This document shows positions 1 to 9,892 of a stretch of DNA of 64,000 nt, one piece after another; the first letter of the stretch is position 1, and each line of letters starts with the position of its first letter. The DNA lies in NCBI GenBank assembly GCA_002482885.1, contig DLGW01000019.1, positions 6,111 through 70,110 on the forward strand. The letters are read 5' to 3'. Origin of the DNA: Flavobacteriaceae bacterium UBA7684 (GTDB lineage: Bacteria > Bacteroidota > Bacteroidia > Flavobacteriales > Flavobacteriaceae). A program made the position numbers and the translations under genes. Under the pieces are notes generated by a model, which saw only the letters and a list, made by a program, of their open reading frames with translations, had not been told where the DNA came from and did no database searches.

Positions 1-1
1 A

Positions 2-2791
2 GCTTCTCATAATATTTTAAATCCGGCTAACGGAACTCCAGTTACAGTACCATCTCAGGATATGGTTTTGGGTCTTTACTATATGACCAAAGGCCGTAAA
101 ACTGAAGAGGGACATATTGTAAAAGGAGAGGGACAAACATTTTACTCATCAGAAGAGGTAACAATTGCTTACAATGAGAAGAAAATAGATGTTCATGCTT
201 TCATAAAAGTTAAAACAAACGTTAGAGAAAAATCTGGCGAACTGGTGTCGAAAATAATTGACACTACTGTTGGTAGAGTATTATTTAATGAAGTTGTGCC
301 TAAAGAAGTTGGTTTTATCAACGAACTATTAACCAAAAAATCTTTAAGAGATATTATTGGAGAAGTTGTTAAAATTACTGGTATGGCGGGTGCGGCTAAT
401 TTCTTAGATGAAATTAAAACTTTAGGCTTTCAGTCAGCATTTAAAGGTGGATTATCTTTCAACTTGAAAGATTTAAATATTCCAACAGAGAAGCATACTT
501 TATTAGAGCAAGCTAGAGCAGAGGTGGACGAAGTTATGGGTAACTATAACATGGGTTTCATCACCAATAACGAACGTTATAATCAGATTATTGATATTTG
601 GACACGTATCAACAACAGGTTAACTACACACGTAATGACCCAGTTGACTAACGACAACCAAGGTTTCAACTCTGTTTATATGATGCTTGATTCTGGAGCC
701 CGTGGTTCTAAAGAGCAAATTCGCCAGTTATGCGGTATGAGGGGATTGATGGCGAAACCACAGAAATCAGGTTCTGGTGGTGAAATTATCGAAAACCCAA
801 TTCTATCTAACTTTAAAGAAGGCTTATCTGTATTAGAGTACTTTATTTCTACTCACGGTGCTCGTAAAGGTTTGGCGGATACCGCTTTAAAAACAGCCGA
901 TGCGGGTTACTTAACCAGAAGGTTACACGATGTGTCTCAGGATGTAATTGTGAATTCAGTAGATTGTGGTACGCTAAGAGGATTAGAAATCACAGCACTT
1001 AAAAAGAACGAAGAAATTGTTGAAACGCTTCGTGAAAGAATTTTAGGTCGTGTATTATTAAATGATTTAGTGAATCCGTTAGACGGAAATGTTATCGGAA
1101 AAGCAGGCGAAGAAATCAACTCGGTTATCGCAAATGCTATCGAAGCTTCTCCACTTGAAAAAGTTGAAGTTCGTTCTCCGTTAACTTGTGAGGCATTAAA
1201 AGGAATTTGTGCTAAATGTTACGGTAGAAGTTTAGCTACTGGTAAAATGGTACAAAGAGGTGAGGCTGTAGGTGTAATTGCTGCACAGTCTATTGGAGAG
1301 CCAGGTACACAGTTAACCTTAAGAACATTCCACGTTGGAGGTATTGCAGGTAATATTTCAGAAGAATCTGGAATTGTAACTAAGTTTGCTGGACGTATCG
1401 AAATCGAAGACTTAACCACAGTTAAGAGTATTAACGAAGAAGGTAACCAAGTAGATATTGTAGTTTCTCGTTCAACAGAATTAAAATTAGTAGACGAAAA
1501 AACAGGTATTGCTTTAAATTCACACAACATCCCTTACGGTTCACACATTTTTGTGAAAGATGGCGATGTAGTAGGAAAAGGAACAACCTTGTGTAAATGG
1601 GATCCATTTAACGCGGTGGTTATTTCGGAAGCCGATGGTAAAGTTGAATATGTAGATATTGAACAAGGTCAATCATTTGTGGTTGAAACCGATGAGCAAA
1701 CCGGATTTAGAGAAAAGGTTATTTCTGAATCTAGAAATAAAAAATTAGTACCTACGCTTAAGATTTTTGCTAAAAACGGAGAATTAACCCGTGAATACAA
1801 CTTACCAGTTGGAGCTCACTTAATGGTTGATGACGGAGAAAAAATTAAAGCAGGTAAAATTTTAGTAAAAATCCCTAGACGTTCAGGCAAAGCTGCCGAT
1901 ATCACAGGAGGTTTACCACGTATTACTGAGTTGTTAGAGGCTCGTAACCCATCTAATCCAGCTGTAGTGTCAGAAATTGACGGTGTAGTAGAATTAGGTA
2001 AAGTAAAAAGAGGTAACCGTGAAATTATTGTGAAGTCTAAATTCGGAACTGAAAGAAAGTATTTGGTAAAACTATCAAATCAGATTTTAGTTCAAGAAAA
2101 CGACTACGTAAAAGCAGGAACGCCACTTTCATTTGGTGCAATTACGCCAATTGATATCTTGAATATTCAAGGACCATCTGCTGTACAACAGTATTTAGTG
2201 AACGAAATTCAAGAGGTATACCGCTTACAAGGGGTAAAAATTAATGACAAACACTTTGAGGTAGTTATCCGTCAAATGATGCGTAAAGTAAGAGTTCAAG
2301 ATCCAGGAGACACTACGTTCTTAGAAGATCAATTGATTCATACTAGTGATTTTATCAAACAAAATGATTTGTTGTTTGGTATGAAGTTCGTAATTAATTC
2401 AGGAGATTCTGCTACCTTGAAAGAAGGACAAATCATTACTTCAAGACAATTAAGAGACGAAAATTCGTTATTAAAACGTAATGATCAGCAATTAGTTGAA
2501 GTAAGAGATATTGAATTGGCTACGGCTACACCAGTATTGCAAGGTATTACCAGAGCTTCATTACAAACTAAATCATTCATCTCTGCAGCATCATTCCAAG
2601 AAACCACTAAAGTGCTTAACGAAGCTGCTTTAGCAGGTAAAATAGATGGATTAGAAGGCTTAAAAGAAAATGTTATTGTTGGACACCGTATTCCTGCTGG
2701 TACAGGTATGAGAGACTACGAAGAAATTATTGTAGGTTCTAAAAAGGAATACGAAGAAATGTTTTTAGCTAAAAAAGAATACGCGTACTAA
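2..2791 (+). CDS. rpoC: DNA-directed RNA polymerase beta' subunit (5'-truncated by window edge)
   Basis: Frame open from nt 2 ([22 protein letters not shown]); bridge helix [23 protein letters not shown], trigger loop [25 protein letters not shown]. Confidence 0.99.
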   Translation, partial: ASHNILNPANGTPVTVPSQDMVLGLYYMTKGRKTEEGHIVKGEGQTFYSSEEVTIAYNEKKIDVHAFIKVKTNVREKSGELVSKIIDTTVGRVLFNEVVPKEVGFINELLTKKSLRDIIGEVVKITGMAGAANFLDEIKTLGFQSAFKGGLSFNLKDLNIPTEKHTLLEQARAEVDEVMGNYNMGFITNNERYNQIIDIWTRINNRLTTHVMTQLTNDNQGFNSVYMMLDSGARGSKEQIRQLCGMRGLMAKPQKSGSGGEIIENPILSNFKEGLSVLEYFISTHGARKGLADTALKTADAGYLTRRLHDVSQDVIVNSVDCGTLRGLEITALKKNEEIVETLRERILGRVLLNDLVNPLDGNVIGKAGEEINSVIANAIEASPLEKVEVRSPLTCEALKGICAKCYGRSLATGKMVQRGEAVGVIAAQSIGEPGTQLTLRTFHVGGIAGNISEESGIVTKFAGRIEIEDLTTVKSINEEGNQVDIVVSRSTELKLVDEKTGIALNSHNIPYGSHIFVKDGDVVGKGTTLCKWDPFNAVVISEADGKVEYVDIEQGQSFVVETDEQTGFREKVISESRNKKLVPTLKIFAKNGELTREYNLPVGAHLMVDDGEKIKAGKILVKIPRRSGKAADITGGLPRITELLEARNPSNPAVVSEIDGVVELGKVKRGNREIIVKSKFGTERKYLVKLSNQILVQENDYVKAGTPLSFGAITPIDILNIQGPSAVQQYLVNEIQEVYRLQGVKINDKHFEVVIRQMMRKVRVQDPGDTTFLEDQLIHTSDFIKQNDLLFGMKFVINSGDSATLKEGQIITSRQLRDENSLLKRNDQQLVEVRDIELATATPVLQGITRASLQTKSFISAASFQETTKVLNEAALAGKIDGLEGLKENVIVGHRIPAGTGMRDYEEIIVGSKKEYEEMFLAKKEYAY

Positions 2792-2794
2792 ATT

Positions 2795-3106
2795 ATGAGT
2801 GATGCTAAATTAAAACCAGGACAGATTAACATCGAGTTAGATGAAAAAACAGCCGAAGGAATTTATTCCAATTTGGCTATAATCAATCATTCTAGTTCGG
2901 AATTTGTGGTAGATTTTGTTAGCATTATGCCAGGTGCGCCTAAAGCGAACGTAAAGTCAAGAATTATTTTGACTCCACAGCACGCTAAAAGATTAGTTAG
3001 AGCATTAAAAGATAATATTGCTAGGTTTGAAAGTTCTTTCGGAGATATCAAGGATATCGAAGAACCGCCAATTCCTTTAAATTTTGGTCCAGCAGGACAA
3101 GCTTAA
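2795..3106 (+). CDS. DUF3467 family protein
   Basis: IELDE..AEGIYSNLAIINHS.SEFVVDF..RIILTPQHAKRL; usual position after rpoC in Bacteroidota. Confidence 0.9.
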   Translation: MSDAKLKPGQINIELDEKTAEGIYSNLAIINHSSSEFVVDFVSIMPGAPKANVKSRIILTPQHAKRLVRALKDNIARFESSFGDIKDIEEPPIPLNFGPAGQA

Positions 3107-3108
3107 AT

Positions 3109-3141
3109 AAAAAAATCCCGATTTATTCGGGATTTTTTTTT
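3109..3141 (+). terminator. Intrinsic terminator after the rpoC operon
   Basis: AAAAAAATCCCGA-tttat-TCGGGATTTTTTTTT hairpin with U tract. Confidence 0.9.
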
Positions 3142-3200
3142 ATCTTCAACTCACTTCAAAAAAATACTTTCCAATTACATTTTTTATTTAAAAAATAAAT

Positions 3201-3218
3201 TACTATGCCTGCATAATA
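3201..3218. promoter_or_regulatory. Putative MarR-family operator
   Basis: Imperfect 18-bp palindrome TACTATGC-CT-GCATAATA just upstream of a TATATTTG -7 box (about 3234-3241). Confidence 0.55.
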
Positions 3219-3258
3219 GTTAAATTATTTTATTATATTTGAGAAAAGAACCTTTCTT

Positions 3259-3699
3259 ATGAGTAATAAAACAATAGATTATTATTTAAGAGCTACCTGG
3301 CAATCTTTGGCCAGAGCTTATAACGAAGAGGCTGTAAAACACGGAGAAACCATCTCTGTGGGATTCGTTTTGTTAAGTATTGATAAAGAAGGAACTCCTT
3401 CTACGGCTCTTGGTCCTAAAATGGGTATCGAGCCTACAAGCTTAACCAGAACTTTAAAACAAATGGAGCAAAAAGGGTTGATTGTGCGTAAAAAGAATCC
3501 TAATGACGGTAGAGGTGTTTTGGTGTATTTAACCTCTTTGGGGAAAGAAAAAAGAGATTATTCTAAACAAGTAGTTAAGCAATTCGATGATATGGTTCGT
3601 AAAAATATTTCACCCAAAAAATTAGAGGTATTTATAGAAGTTATAGAAGCGATGAATAAACTCATCTCGGATAAAAAGATGTATAAGTCTGAAAAATAA
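3259..3699 (+). CDS. MarR family transcriptional regulator of the fatty-acid degradation operon
   Basis: wHTH TSLTRTLKQMEQKGLI..DGRGVLVYLT; heads the beta-oxidation genes. Confidence 0.93.
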   Translation: MSNKTIDYYLRATWQSLARAYNEEAVKHGETISVGFVLLSIDKEGTPSTALGPKMGIEPTSLTRTLKQMEQKGLIVRKKNPNDGRGVLVYLTSLGKEKRDYSKQVVKQFDDMVRKNISPKKLEVFIEVIEAMNKLISDKKMYKSEK

Positions 3700-3741
3700 A
3701 AAGTTTTTTAACGGAAATTCATAAACAAAAAACGATTGCGA

Positions 3742-6132
3742 ATGAAACGTAACATCAATAAAGTAGCTATAATAGGTTCTGGAATCATGGGTTCTGGAAT
3801 TGCCTGTCATTTTGCTAACATAGGAGTTCAGGTTCTGCTGTTAGATGTTGTTCCTAAAGAATTAACTGAAATCGAACAGAAAAAAGGATTGACTTTAGAA
3901 AATAAGTTGGTCAGAAATAGGATTGTAACCGAACAGTTGAGCAATGCCTTAAAATCAAAACCATCACCCATATACCACGCCCAATTTGCTCAAAGAATAG
4001 AAGTTGGCAATTTAGAAGATGATTTAGAAAAATTAAGCGGAGCAGATTGGATTATCGAAGTGGTGGTGGAGCGATTAGATGTAAAAAAAATCGTCTTTGA
4101 AAAAATAGAAAAATACAGAAAACAAGGAAGTTTAATTACCTCTAACACTTCGGGTATTCCCATTCATTTGATGAGTGAAGGACGTTCCGAAGATTTTCAA
4201 AAACATTTTTGTGGTACCCACTTTTTTAATCCAGCCCGATATTTAAAATTATTCGAAATTATTCCAGGGCCAAAAACCGATGCAGACGTATTAGACTTTT
4301 TAAATCATTACGGTTCATTATTCTTAGGAAAAACTTCGGTAGTAGCTAAAGATACTCCTGCATTTATTGGAAACCGAATCGGCATTTTTGGCATTCAAAG
4401 TTTGTTTCATTTGATTCAAGAAATGGAATTAACCGTAGAAGAAGTAGATAAATTAACAGGGCCAATTATTGGAAGGCCTAAATCAGCCACTTTCCGCACA
4501 GTAGATGTAGTTGGTTTAGATACTTTGGTTCATGTTGCCAATGGATTATACGAAAATTGCTTGCAAGATGAAGCTCGTGAGTTGTTTAAACTGCCCGATT
4601 TCATTCAGCACATGTTGCAAAATAAATGGTTGGGAAGTAAAACCAAACAAGGATTCTACAAAAAAGAAGGCAGCGATATCTTGTCTTTAAATTTAAAAAC
4701 CTTGTCATATGAAATGTCTAAAAAAGTATCATTTCCTACTTTAGAGCTTACCAAAAATATTGAAAAACCCATAGATCGTTTTAAAGTATTAATCAAAGGA
4801 GCAGACAAAGCAGGTGAGTTTTATCGCAAAAGTTTTGCGGCATTGTTTGCTTATGTTTCTCACCGAGTACCCGAAATTACCGATGAGTTTTATAAAATAG
4901 ACGAAGCCATGAAAGCTGGTTTTGGATGGGAAAATGGCCCTTTCGAAATTTGGGATGCGATAGGCGTTGAAAAAGGAATTGAACTGATGCAATCTCAAGG
5001 ATTACAGCCAGCCACTTGGGTTACCGATATGCTACAATCAGGAATCAAAAAGTTTTATACCGTATCCGAAGGAGTTACCCAATACTACGATACTAAACAA
5101 AAATCATCAGCCAAAATTAAAGGCCAAGATTCTTTTATCATTTTAAATAACATCCGCGAAAGCAAAAAAGTATGGAGTAACAGTGGCGTGATTATTCAAG
5201 ATTTAGGTGATGGCATTTTAAATGTGGAATTTCAATCTAAAATGAATACCATCGGTGGTGATGTCTTACAAGGCATTCATAAAGCCATTGATTTAGCCGA
5301 AAATCAATACCAAGGATTAGTTATCGGTAATCAGTCGGCTAATTTTTCATACGGAGCCAATTTGGCTTTGATTTTTATGATGGCGGCAGAACAAGAATAC
5401 GATGAGTTAAACATGGCTATAAAAGCATTTCAAGACACCATGATGCGTGTGCGATATTCCAGCACACCAGTAGTGGTTGCCCCTCATGGAATGTCTTTTG
5501 GAGGTGCTTGCGAAATGAGTTTACATGCCGATAAAGTAGTAGCTGCTGCTGAAACCTATATCGGTTTAGTGGAATTTGGTGTAGGTTTAATTCCAGGTGG
5601 TGGCGGAACCAAAGAAATGACTTTACGCGCTTCAGATTTGTTCCGTAAAAATGATGTGGAGTTGAATACGTTGCAAGAGTATTTTATGACCATTGCCATG
5701 GGAAAAGTATCCACTTCTGCACACGAAGCATTTGATATGGGAATTTTACAGCACGGAAAAGATATAGTAGTAGTGAACAAAGACCGTCAAATAGCCGAAG
5801 CCAAAAAACAAGCCTTGTTATTAGCCGAAGCAGGATATACTAAACCAATTCCCCGAAAAGACGTAAAAGTATTGGGCAAACAAGCTTTGGGTATGTTTTA
5901 CGTAGGTACCGACCAAATGGTTGCCGGAAATTATATTTCCGAACACGATAAAAAAATGGCCAATAAATTAGCGTACATAATGGCAGGAGGCGATTTGTCC
6001 GAAGCCACTTTAGTTAGCGAACAATATTTGTTGGATTTAGAAAGAGAAGCTTTTTTATCGCTTTGCGCCGAAAGAAAAACTTTGGAAAGAATTCAGTATA
6101 TGTTAACTAAGGGAAAACCGTTACGAAATTAA
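3742..6132 (+). CDS. fadN: 3-hydroxyacyl-CoA dehydrogenase / enoyl-CoA hydratase (FadN-type)
   Basis: GSGIMGSGIA Rossmann motif, SNTSG, GTHFFNP, C-terminal crotonase domain; ATG at 3742 preferred. Confidence 0.93.
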   Translation: MKRNINKVAIIGSGIMGSGIACHFANIGVQVLLLDVVPKELTEIEQKKGLTLENKLVRNRIVTEQLSNALKSKPSPIYHAQFAQRIEVGNLEDDLEKLSGADWIIEVVVERLDVKKIVFEKIEKYRKQGSLITSNTSGIPIHLMSEGRSEDFQKHFCGTHFFNPARYLKLFEIIPGPKTDADVLDFLNHYGSLFLGKTSVVAKDTPAFIGNRIGIFGIQSLFHLIQEMELTVEEVDKLTGPIIGRPKSATFRTVDVVGLDTLVHVANGLYENCLQDEARELFKLPDFIQHMLQNKWLGSKTKQGFYKKEGSDILSLNLKTLSYEMSKKVSFPTLELTKNIEKPIDRFKVLIKGADKAGEFYRKSFAALFAYVSHRVPEITDEFYKIDEAMKAGFGWENGPFEIWDAIGVEKGIELMQSQGLQPATWVTDMLQSGIKKFYTVSEGVTQYYDTKQKSSAKIKGQDSFIILNNIRESKKVWSNSGVIIQDLGDGILNVEFQSKMNTIGGDVLQGIHKAIDLAENQYQGLVIGNQSANFSYGANLALIFMMAAEQEYDELNMAIKAFQDTMMRVRYSSTPVVVAPHGMSFGGACEMSLHADKVVAAAETYIGLVEFGVGLIPGGGGTKEMTLRASDLFRKNDVELNTLQEYFMTIAMGKVSTSAHEAFDMGILQHGKDIVVVNKDRQIAEAKKQALLLAEAGYTKPIPRKDVKVLGKQALGMFYVGTDQMVAGNYISEHDKKMANKLAYIMAGGDLSEATLVSEQYLLDLEREAFLSLCAERKTLERIQYMLTKGKPLRN

Positions 6133-6203
6133 GTAGTAAGTATTAAGGCTTAAGTATGAAGCCATCAAGAAAAAAATACTTACTACTTAAAACTTAATCC
6201 TTA
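6129..6203. repeat. Heptamer-periodic inverted repeat between fadN and thiolase
   Basis: TTAAGTAGTAAGTATT (6129-6144) is the exact reverse complement of AATACTTACTACTTAA (6175-6190); both arms have a 7-nt period. Confidence 0.8.
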
Positions 6204-6215
6204 AAATAAAAAATC

Positions 6216-7397
6216 ATGAAAACAGCCTATATAGTTAAAGCCTACAGAACTGCCGTTGGGAAAGCGCCTAAAGGATTGTTCCGATTTAAAAGACCCGATG
6301 AATTAGCCGCAGAAACCATTCAGTATATGATGAATGAAATGCCTGATTTTGATAAAACCAGAATTGACGATGTAATGGTCGGAAACGCCATGCCTGAAGC
6401 CGAACAGGGTTTGAATATAGGTCGATTGATTTCTTTGATGGGATTAAAAATTGAAGATGTTCCAGGAGTAACGGTAAATCGGTATTGTGCTTCAGGATTA
6501 GAAACCATTGGCATGGCAACGGCAAAAATTCAATCGGGAATGGCGCATTGCATTATTGCGGGTGGAGCCGAAAGCATGAGTTACATTCCTATGGGAGGAT
6601 ACAAACCTACTCCTGATTATGCGTTAGCCAAACAAGGACACGAAGATTATTATTGGGGTATGGGATTAACTGCCGAAGCCGTAGCTAAACAATACAACGT
6701 ATCGCGTGAAGATCAAGATGAGTTTGCTTTTCAATCGCATCAAAAAGCCTTAAAAGCACAAGTCGAAGGAAAATTCGATAAACAAATTGTTCCCATAACG
6801 GTAGAACAAACTTTCATCAATGAAAAAGGAAAAAAAGAAACTAAAAATTATACGGTAGCCAAAGATGAAGGTCCCAGGGCCGATACTAATTTAGCTGCTC
6901 TAGGAAACTTAAAACCCGTTTTTGCAGCGGATGGAAGTGTAACCGCAGGAAATTCCTCACAAATGAGTGACGGAGCCGCTTTTGTTTTAATCATGTCCGA
7001 AGAAATGGTGAAAGAATTAGGCCTTACACCCATTGCCAGATTAGTGAATTATGCTTCTGCAGGAGTAGAACCCAGACTTATGGGAATAGGGCCTATCAAA
7101 GCCATTCCAAAAGCGGTAAAACAAGCGGGCTTACAACTCGGTGATATTGATTTAATCGAATTAAACGAAGCTTTTGCTTCACAATCTTTAGCCGTAATCC
7201 GCGAATTGAATTTAAACCCAAGCATCGTAAATGTAAATGGCGGAGCCATCGCTTTAGGACATCCATTAGGTTGTACAGGAGCTAAATTATCCGTGCAATT
7301 ATTTGATGAAATGAAACGCCGAGGCAGTAAATACGGCATGGTAACCATGTGCGTAGGAACTGGACAAGGAACCGCAGGTATATTTGAATTGATATAA
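6216..7397 (+). CDS. fadA: Acetyl-CoA C-acyltransferase (thiolase)
   Basis: NRYCASG, NEAFA, GHPLGCTG, MCVGTGQG thiolase motifs. Confidence 0.96.
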   Translation: MKTAYIVKAYRTAVGKAPKGLFRFKRPDELAAETIQYMMNEMPDFDKTRIDDVMVGNAMPEAEQGLNIGRLISLMGLKIEDVPGVTVNRYCASGLETIGMATAKIQSGMAHCIIAGGAESMSYIPMGGYKPTPDYALAKQGHEDYYWGMGLTAEAVAKQYNVSREDQDEFAFQSHQKALKAQVEGKFDKQIVPITVEQTFINEKGKKETKNYTVAKDEGPRADTNLAALGNLKPVFAADGSVTAGNSSQMSDGAAFVLIMSEEMVKELGLTPIARLVNYASAGVEPRLMGIGPIKAIPKAVKQAGLQLGDIDLIELNEAFASQSLAVIRELNLNPSIVNVNGGAIALGHPLGCTGAKLSVQLFDEMKRRGSKYGMVTMCVGTGQGTAGIFELI

Positions 7398-7418
7398 AAC
7401 CCTCTTAAACTAAACGCT

Positions 7419-9209
7419 ATGAACGAAATCACCAAAGGAGGAGAATTCCTTACTAAACAAACCCAGAGCAAAAATGTGTTTATTCCTGAAGAGTTTTCCG
7501 AGGAACAAAACATGATGAAAGAGGCTGTAAAGGATTTTATAGATAGAGAAGTATGGCCAAATAAAAACAGATACGAAAATAAAGATTACGCATTTACCGT
7601 GGAAACCATGCACAAGGTAGCCGAACTAGGTTTGTTGGGGGTGTCTGTTCCAGTGGAATATGGCGGTATGGGTATGGGATTCGTTTCCACCATGTTGGTT
7701 TGTGATTACATTTCAGGAGCAACAGGTTCGTTTGCTACTGCCTTTGGTGCTCACACAGGGATTGGAACCATGCCGATTTTATTGTATGGAACCGAAGCTC
7801 AAAAACAAAAATATGTGCCTAAGCTAGCCACAGGTGAATGGTTTGGGTCGTATGCTTTAACAGAACCAGGTGCAGGATCAGATGCCAATTCAGGAAAAAC
7901 AAAAGCAGTTTTATCGGACGATGGAACCCATTATAAAATCTCAGGACAAAAAATGTGGATATCCAACGCTGGATTTTGCAGCTTGTTTATTGTTTTTGCA
8001 CGCATAGGCGATGATAAAAACATTACAGGATTCATTGTAGAAAACGATCCTAAGAATGGAATCACATTAGGAGAAGAAGAACATAAATTAGGGATTCGAT
8101 CTTCGTCTACTCGTCAGGTATTTTTTAATGAAACCAAAGTGCCTGCCGAAAATATGTTGTCCGAAAGAGGCAACGGATTTAAAATCGCCATGAATTCTTT
8201 GAATATTGGTAGAGCGAAACTGGCGGTGGCTTGTATGGATGTACAACGCAGAGTGATATCCATTGCCGTACAATATGCCAATGAGCGCAAACAATTCAAC
8301 ACCGCAATCTCGCAATTTGGAGCCATTCGATACAAAATTGCTAATATGTCTGCCAGTTGTTATGTAGTAGAATCCGCTTGTTATCGAGTAGCTAAAAACA
8401 TCGAAGACCAAATAGAAACTTTTATCCAACAAGGATTATCCCATCAAGAAGCCGAGTTAAAAGGAGTAGAGGAATACGCCATTGAATGTTCCTTATTAAA
8501 AGTAGCGGCATCCGAAGATGTTCAAAATTGTACCGACGAAGGCATCCAGATTTTCGGAGGCATGGGCTTTTCCGAAGACACTCCTATGGAAAGTGCTTGG
8601 CGCGATGCTCGTATTACCCGTATTTACGAAGGCACCAACGAAATCAACAGAATTTTATCTGTAGGGATGTTAATCAAAAAAGCCATGAAAGGACAATTAG
8701 ATTTACTAGGGCCTGCCATGAAAGTGTCCGAGGAATTATTCGGAATACCATCTTTTGATACACCCGATTACAGCGAATTATTTGCCGAAGAAAAAGAAAT
8801 GATTGCCAAGCTTAAAAAAGTTTTCTTTATGATAGCGGGTAGCGCGGTTAAAAAATTCGGACCCGATTTAGAACACCATCAACAATTGTTATTGGCAGTA
8901 GCCGACATCGTAATCGAAATTTATATGGCAGAATCCGCCATTTTACGCACCGAAAAATTAGCCTTGCAAAAAGGACAAGATGCTGTAAAAGAGCAAATCG
9001 CTATGACCCAATTGTATCTATATAATGCAGTAGATATTGCTACTAGCAAAGGGAAAGAAAGTATATGTTCCTTTACCGAAGGTGATGAACAACGCATGAT
9101 GCTCATGGGATTAAAAAGATTTACCAAATATGTAAATGCTCCCAACGTAATTGCCTTACGAGAATTAATTGCCGATAAAGTAGTGAAACAAAACGAGTAT
9201 TGTTTTTAG
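7419..9209 (+). CDS. Acyl-CoA dehydrogenase
   Basis: YALTEPGAGSDA, GQKMWISN, QIFGGMG, IYEGTNEI. Confidence 0.96.
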   Translation: MNEITKGGEFLTKQTQSKNVFIPEEFSEEQNMMKEAVKDFIDREVWPNKNRYENKDYAFTVETMHKVAELGLLGVSVPVEYGGMGMGFVSTMLVCDYISGATGSFATAFGAHTGIGTMPILLYGTEAQKQKYVPKLATGEWFGSYALTEPGAGSDANSGKTKAVLSDDGTHYKISGQKMWISNAGFCSLFIVFARIGDDKNITGFIVENDPKNGITLGEEEHKLGIRSSSTRQVFFNETKVPAENMLSERGNGFKIAMNSLNIGRAKLAVACMDVQRRVISIAVQYANERKQFNTAISQFGAIRYKIANMSASCYVVESACYRVAKNIEDQIETFIQQGLSHQEAELKGVEEYAIECSLLKVAASEDVQNCTDEGIQIFGGMGFSEDTPMESAWRDARITRIYEGTNEINRILSVGMLIKKAMKGQLDLLGPAMKVSEELFGIPSFDTPDYSELFAEEKEMIAKLKKVFFMIAGSAVKKFGPDLEHHQQLLLAVADIVIEIYMAESAILRTEKLALQKGQDAVKEQIAMTQLYLYNAVDIATSKGKESICSFTEGDEQRMMLMGLKRFTKYVNAPNVIALRELIADKVVKQNEYCF

Positions 9210-9340
9210 GGCATTTCGGTTCGCAAAAAAGCGAACCGCCCCGTTTTCGGCAGTCGCTCTTTACATAAAAAAGTCCCCCGCCTATTGGCGGGGGACTTTT
9301 TTATGTAAAGGAGCTCCAACAAAGCCTCAACCGGTAATGC
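9209..9340 (-). repeat. Dispersed structured intergenic element, full copy 1; internal hairpin could act as a bidirectional terminator
   Basis: Minus strand: GCATT-A-CCG-GTTGA-GGCT-TTGTTGGAGCTC-[24-bp stem]-AGCGAC-TGCC-GAAAA-CGG-GG-CGGTTCGC-T6-GCGAACCG-A-AATGC-CC; homologous to 55201-55319 and 57944-58060. Confidence 0.85.
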
Positions 9341-9346
9341 AAAATA

Positions 9347-9886
9347 TTACTGCAATTCAAAAAAAGTGCTGATTTTTACTTTTTTCGCAATTTTGTTTTT
9401 TACTACTGAAGGAATTTTAATCCCAAAATCTTCAGGGTTTACTTCAAAAACACTAATGATTTCTAAGCTAGTTACGTTTCTTTTTACAGTAGCCGTAGTT
9501 TTAATCTCTTTTTGATGACCATTCATGGAAAGAATCCCTTTCATGGCAAAAACTTTTCCTTTTTGGTCTACCTTTCCAAAATCAAAATTTAACAATTCGC
9601 CTTTAAAAGTAGCTTTAGGATGTGCCTGAGAATTAACATAATTTTCATTAAAATGTTCTTCCATCAAAGCCACTTTAAACCTAAAACCTTTAATTAAAGC
9701 CAAACTGGCAATTTCTCCTGTTTTAGTATTTAGTATGCAAGTAACTGCTTCGTTTTTAGCCTTTACTTCCTCAAAACTAGGAACAGAAGCTTCAAATTCA
9801 ATTACACCAGTTTTAGTGCTTATTTTATCTTGGGCAAAAACAGACAATCCTATCAAAAGAAAAGTCCAAACCATCAGTTTTTTCAT
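9347..9886 (-). CDS. YceI family lipid/polyisoprenoid-binding protein
   Basis: Signal peptide; FRFKVALMEEHFNENY..HPKATFKG..DFGIKIP. Confidence 0.88.
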   Translation of the reverse strand: MKKLMVWTFLLIGLSVFAQDKISTKTGVIEFEASVPSFEEVKAKNEAVTCILNTKTGEIASLALIKGFRFKVALMEEHFNENYVNSQAHPKATFKGELLNFDFGKVDQKGKVFAMKGILSMNGHQKEIKTTATVKRNVTSLEIISVFEVNPEDFGIKIPSVVKNKIAKKVKISTFFELQ

Positions 9887-9892
9887 AAGAGG

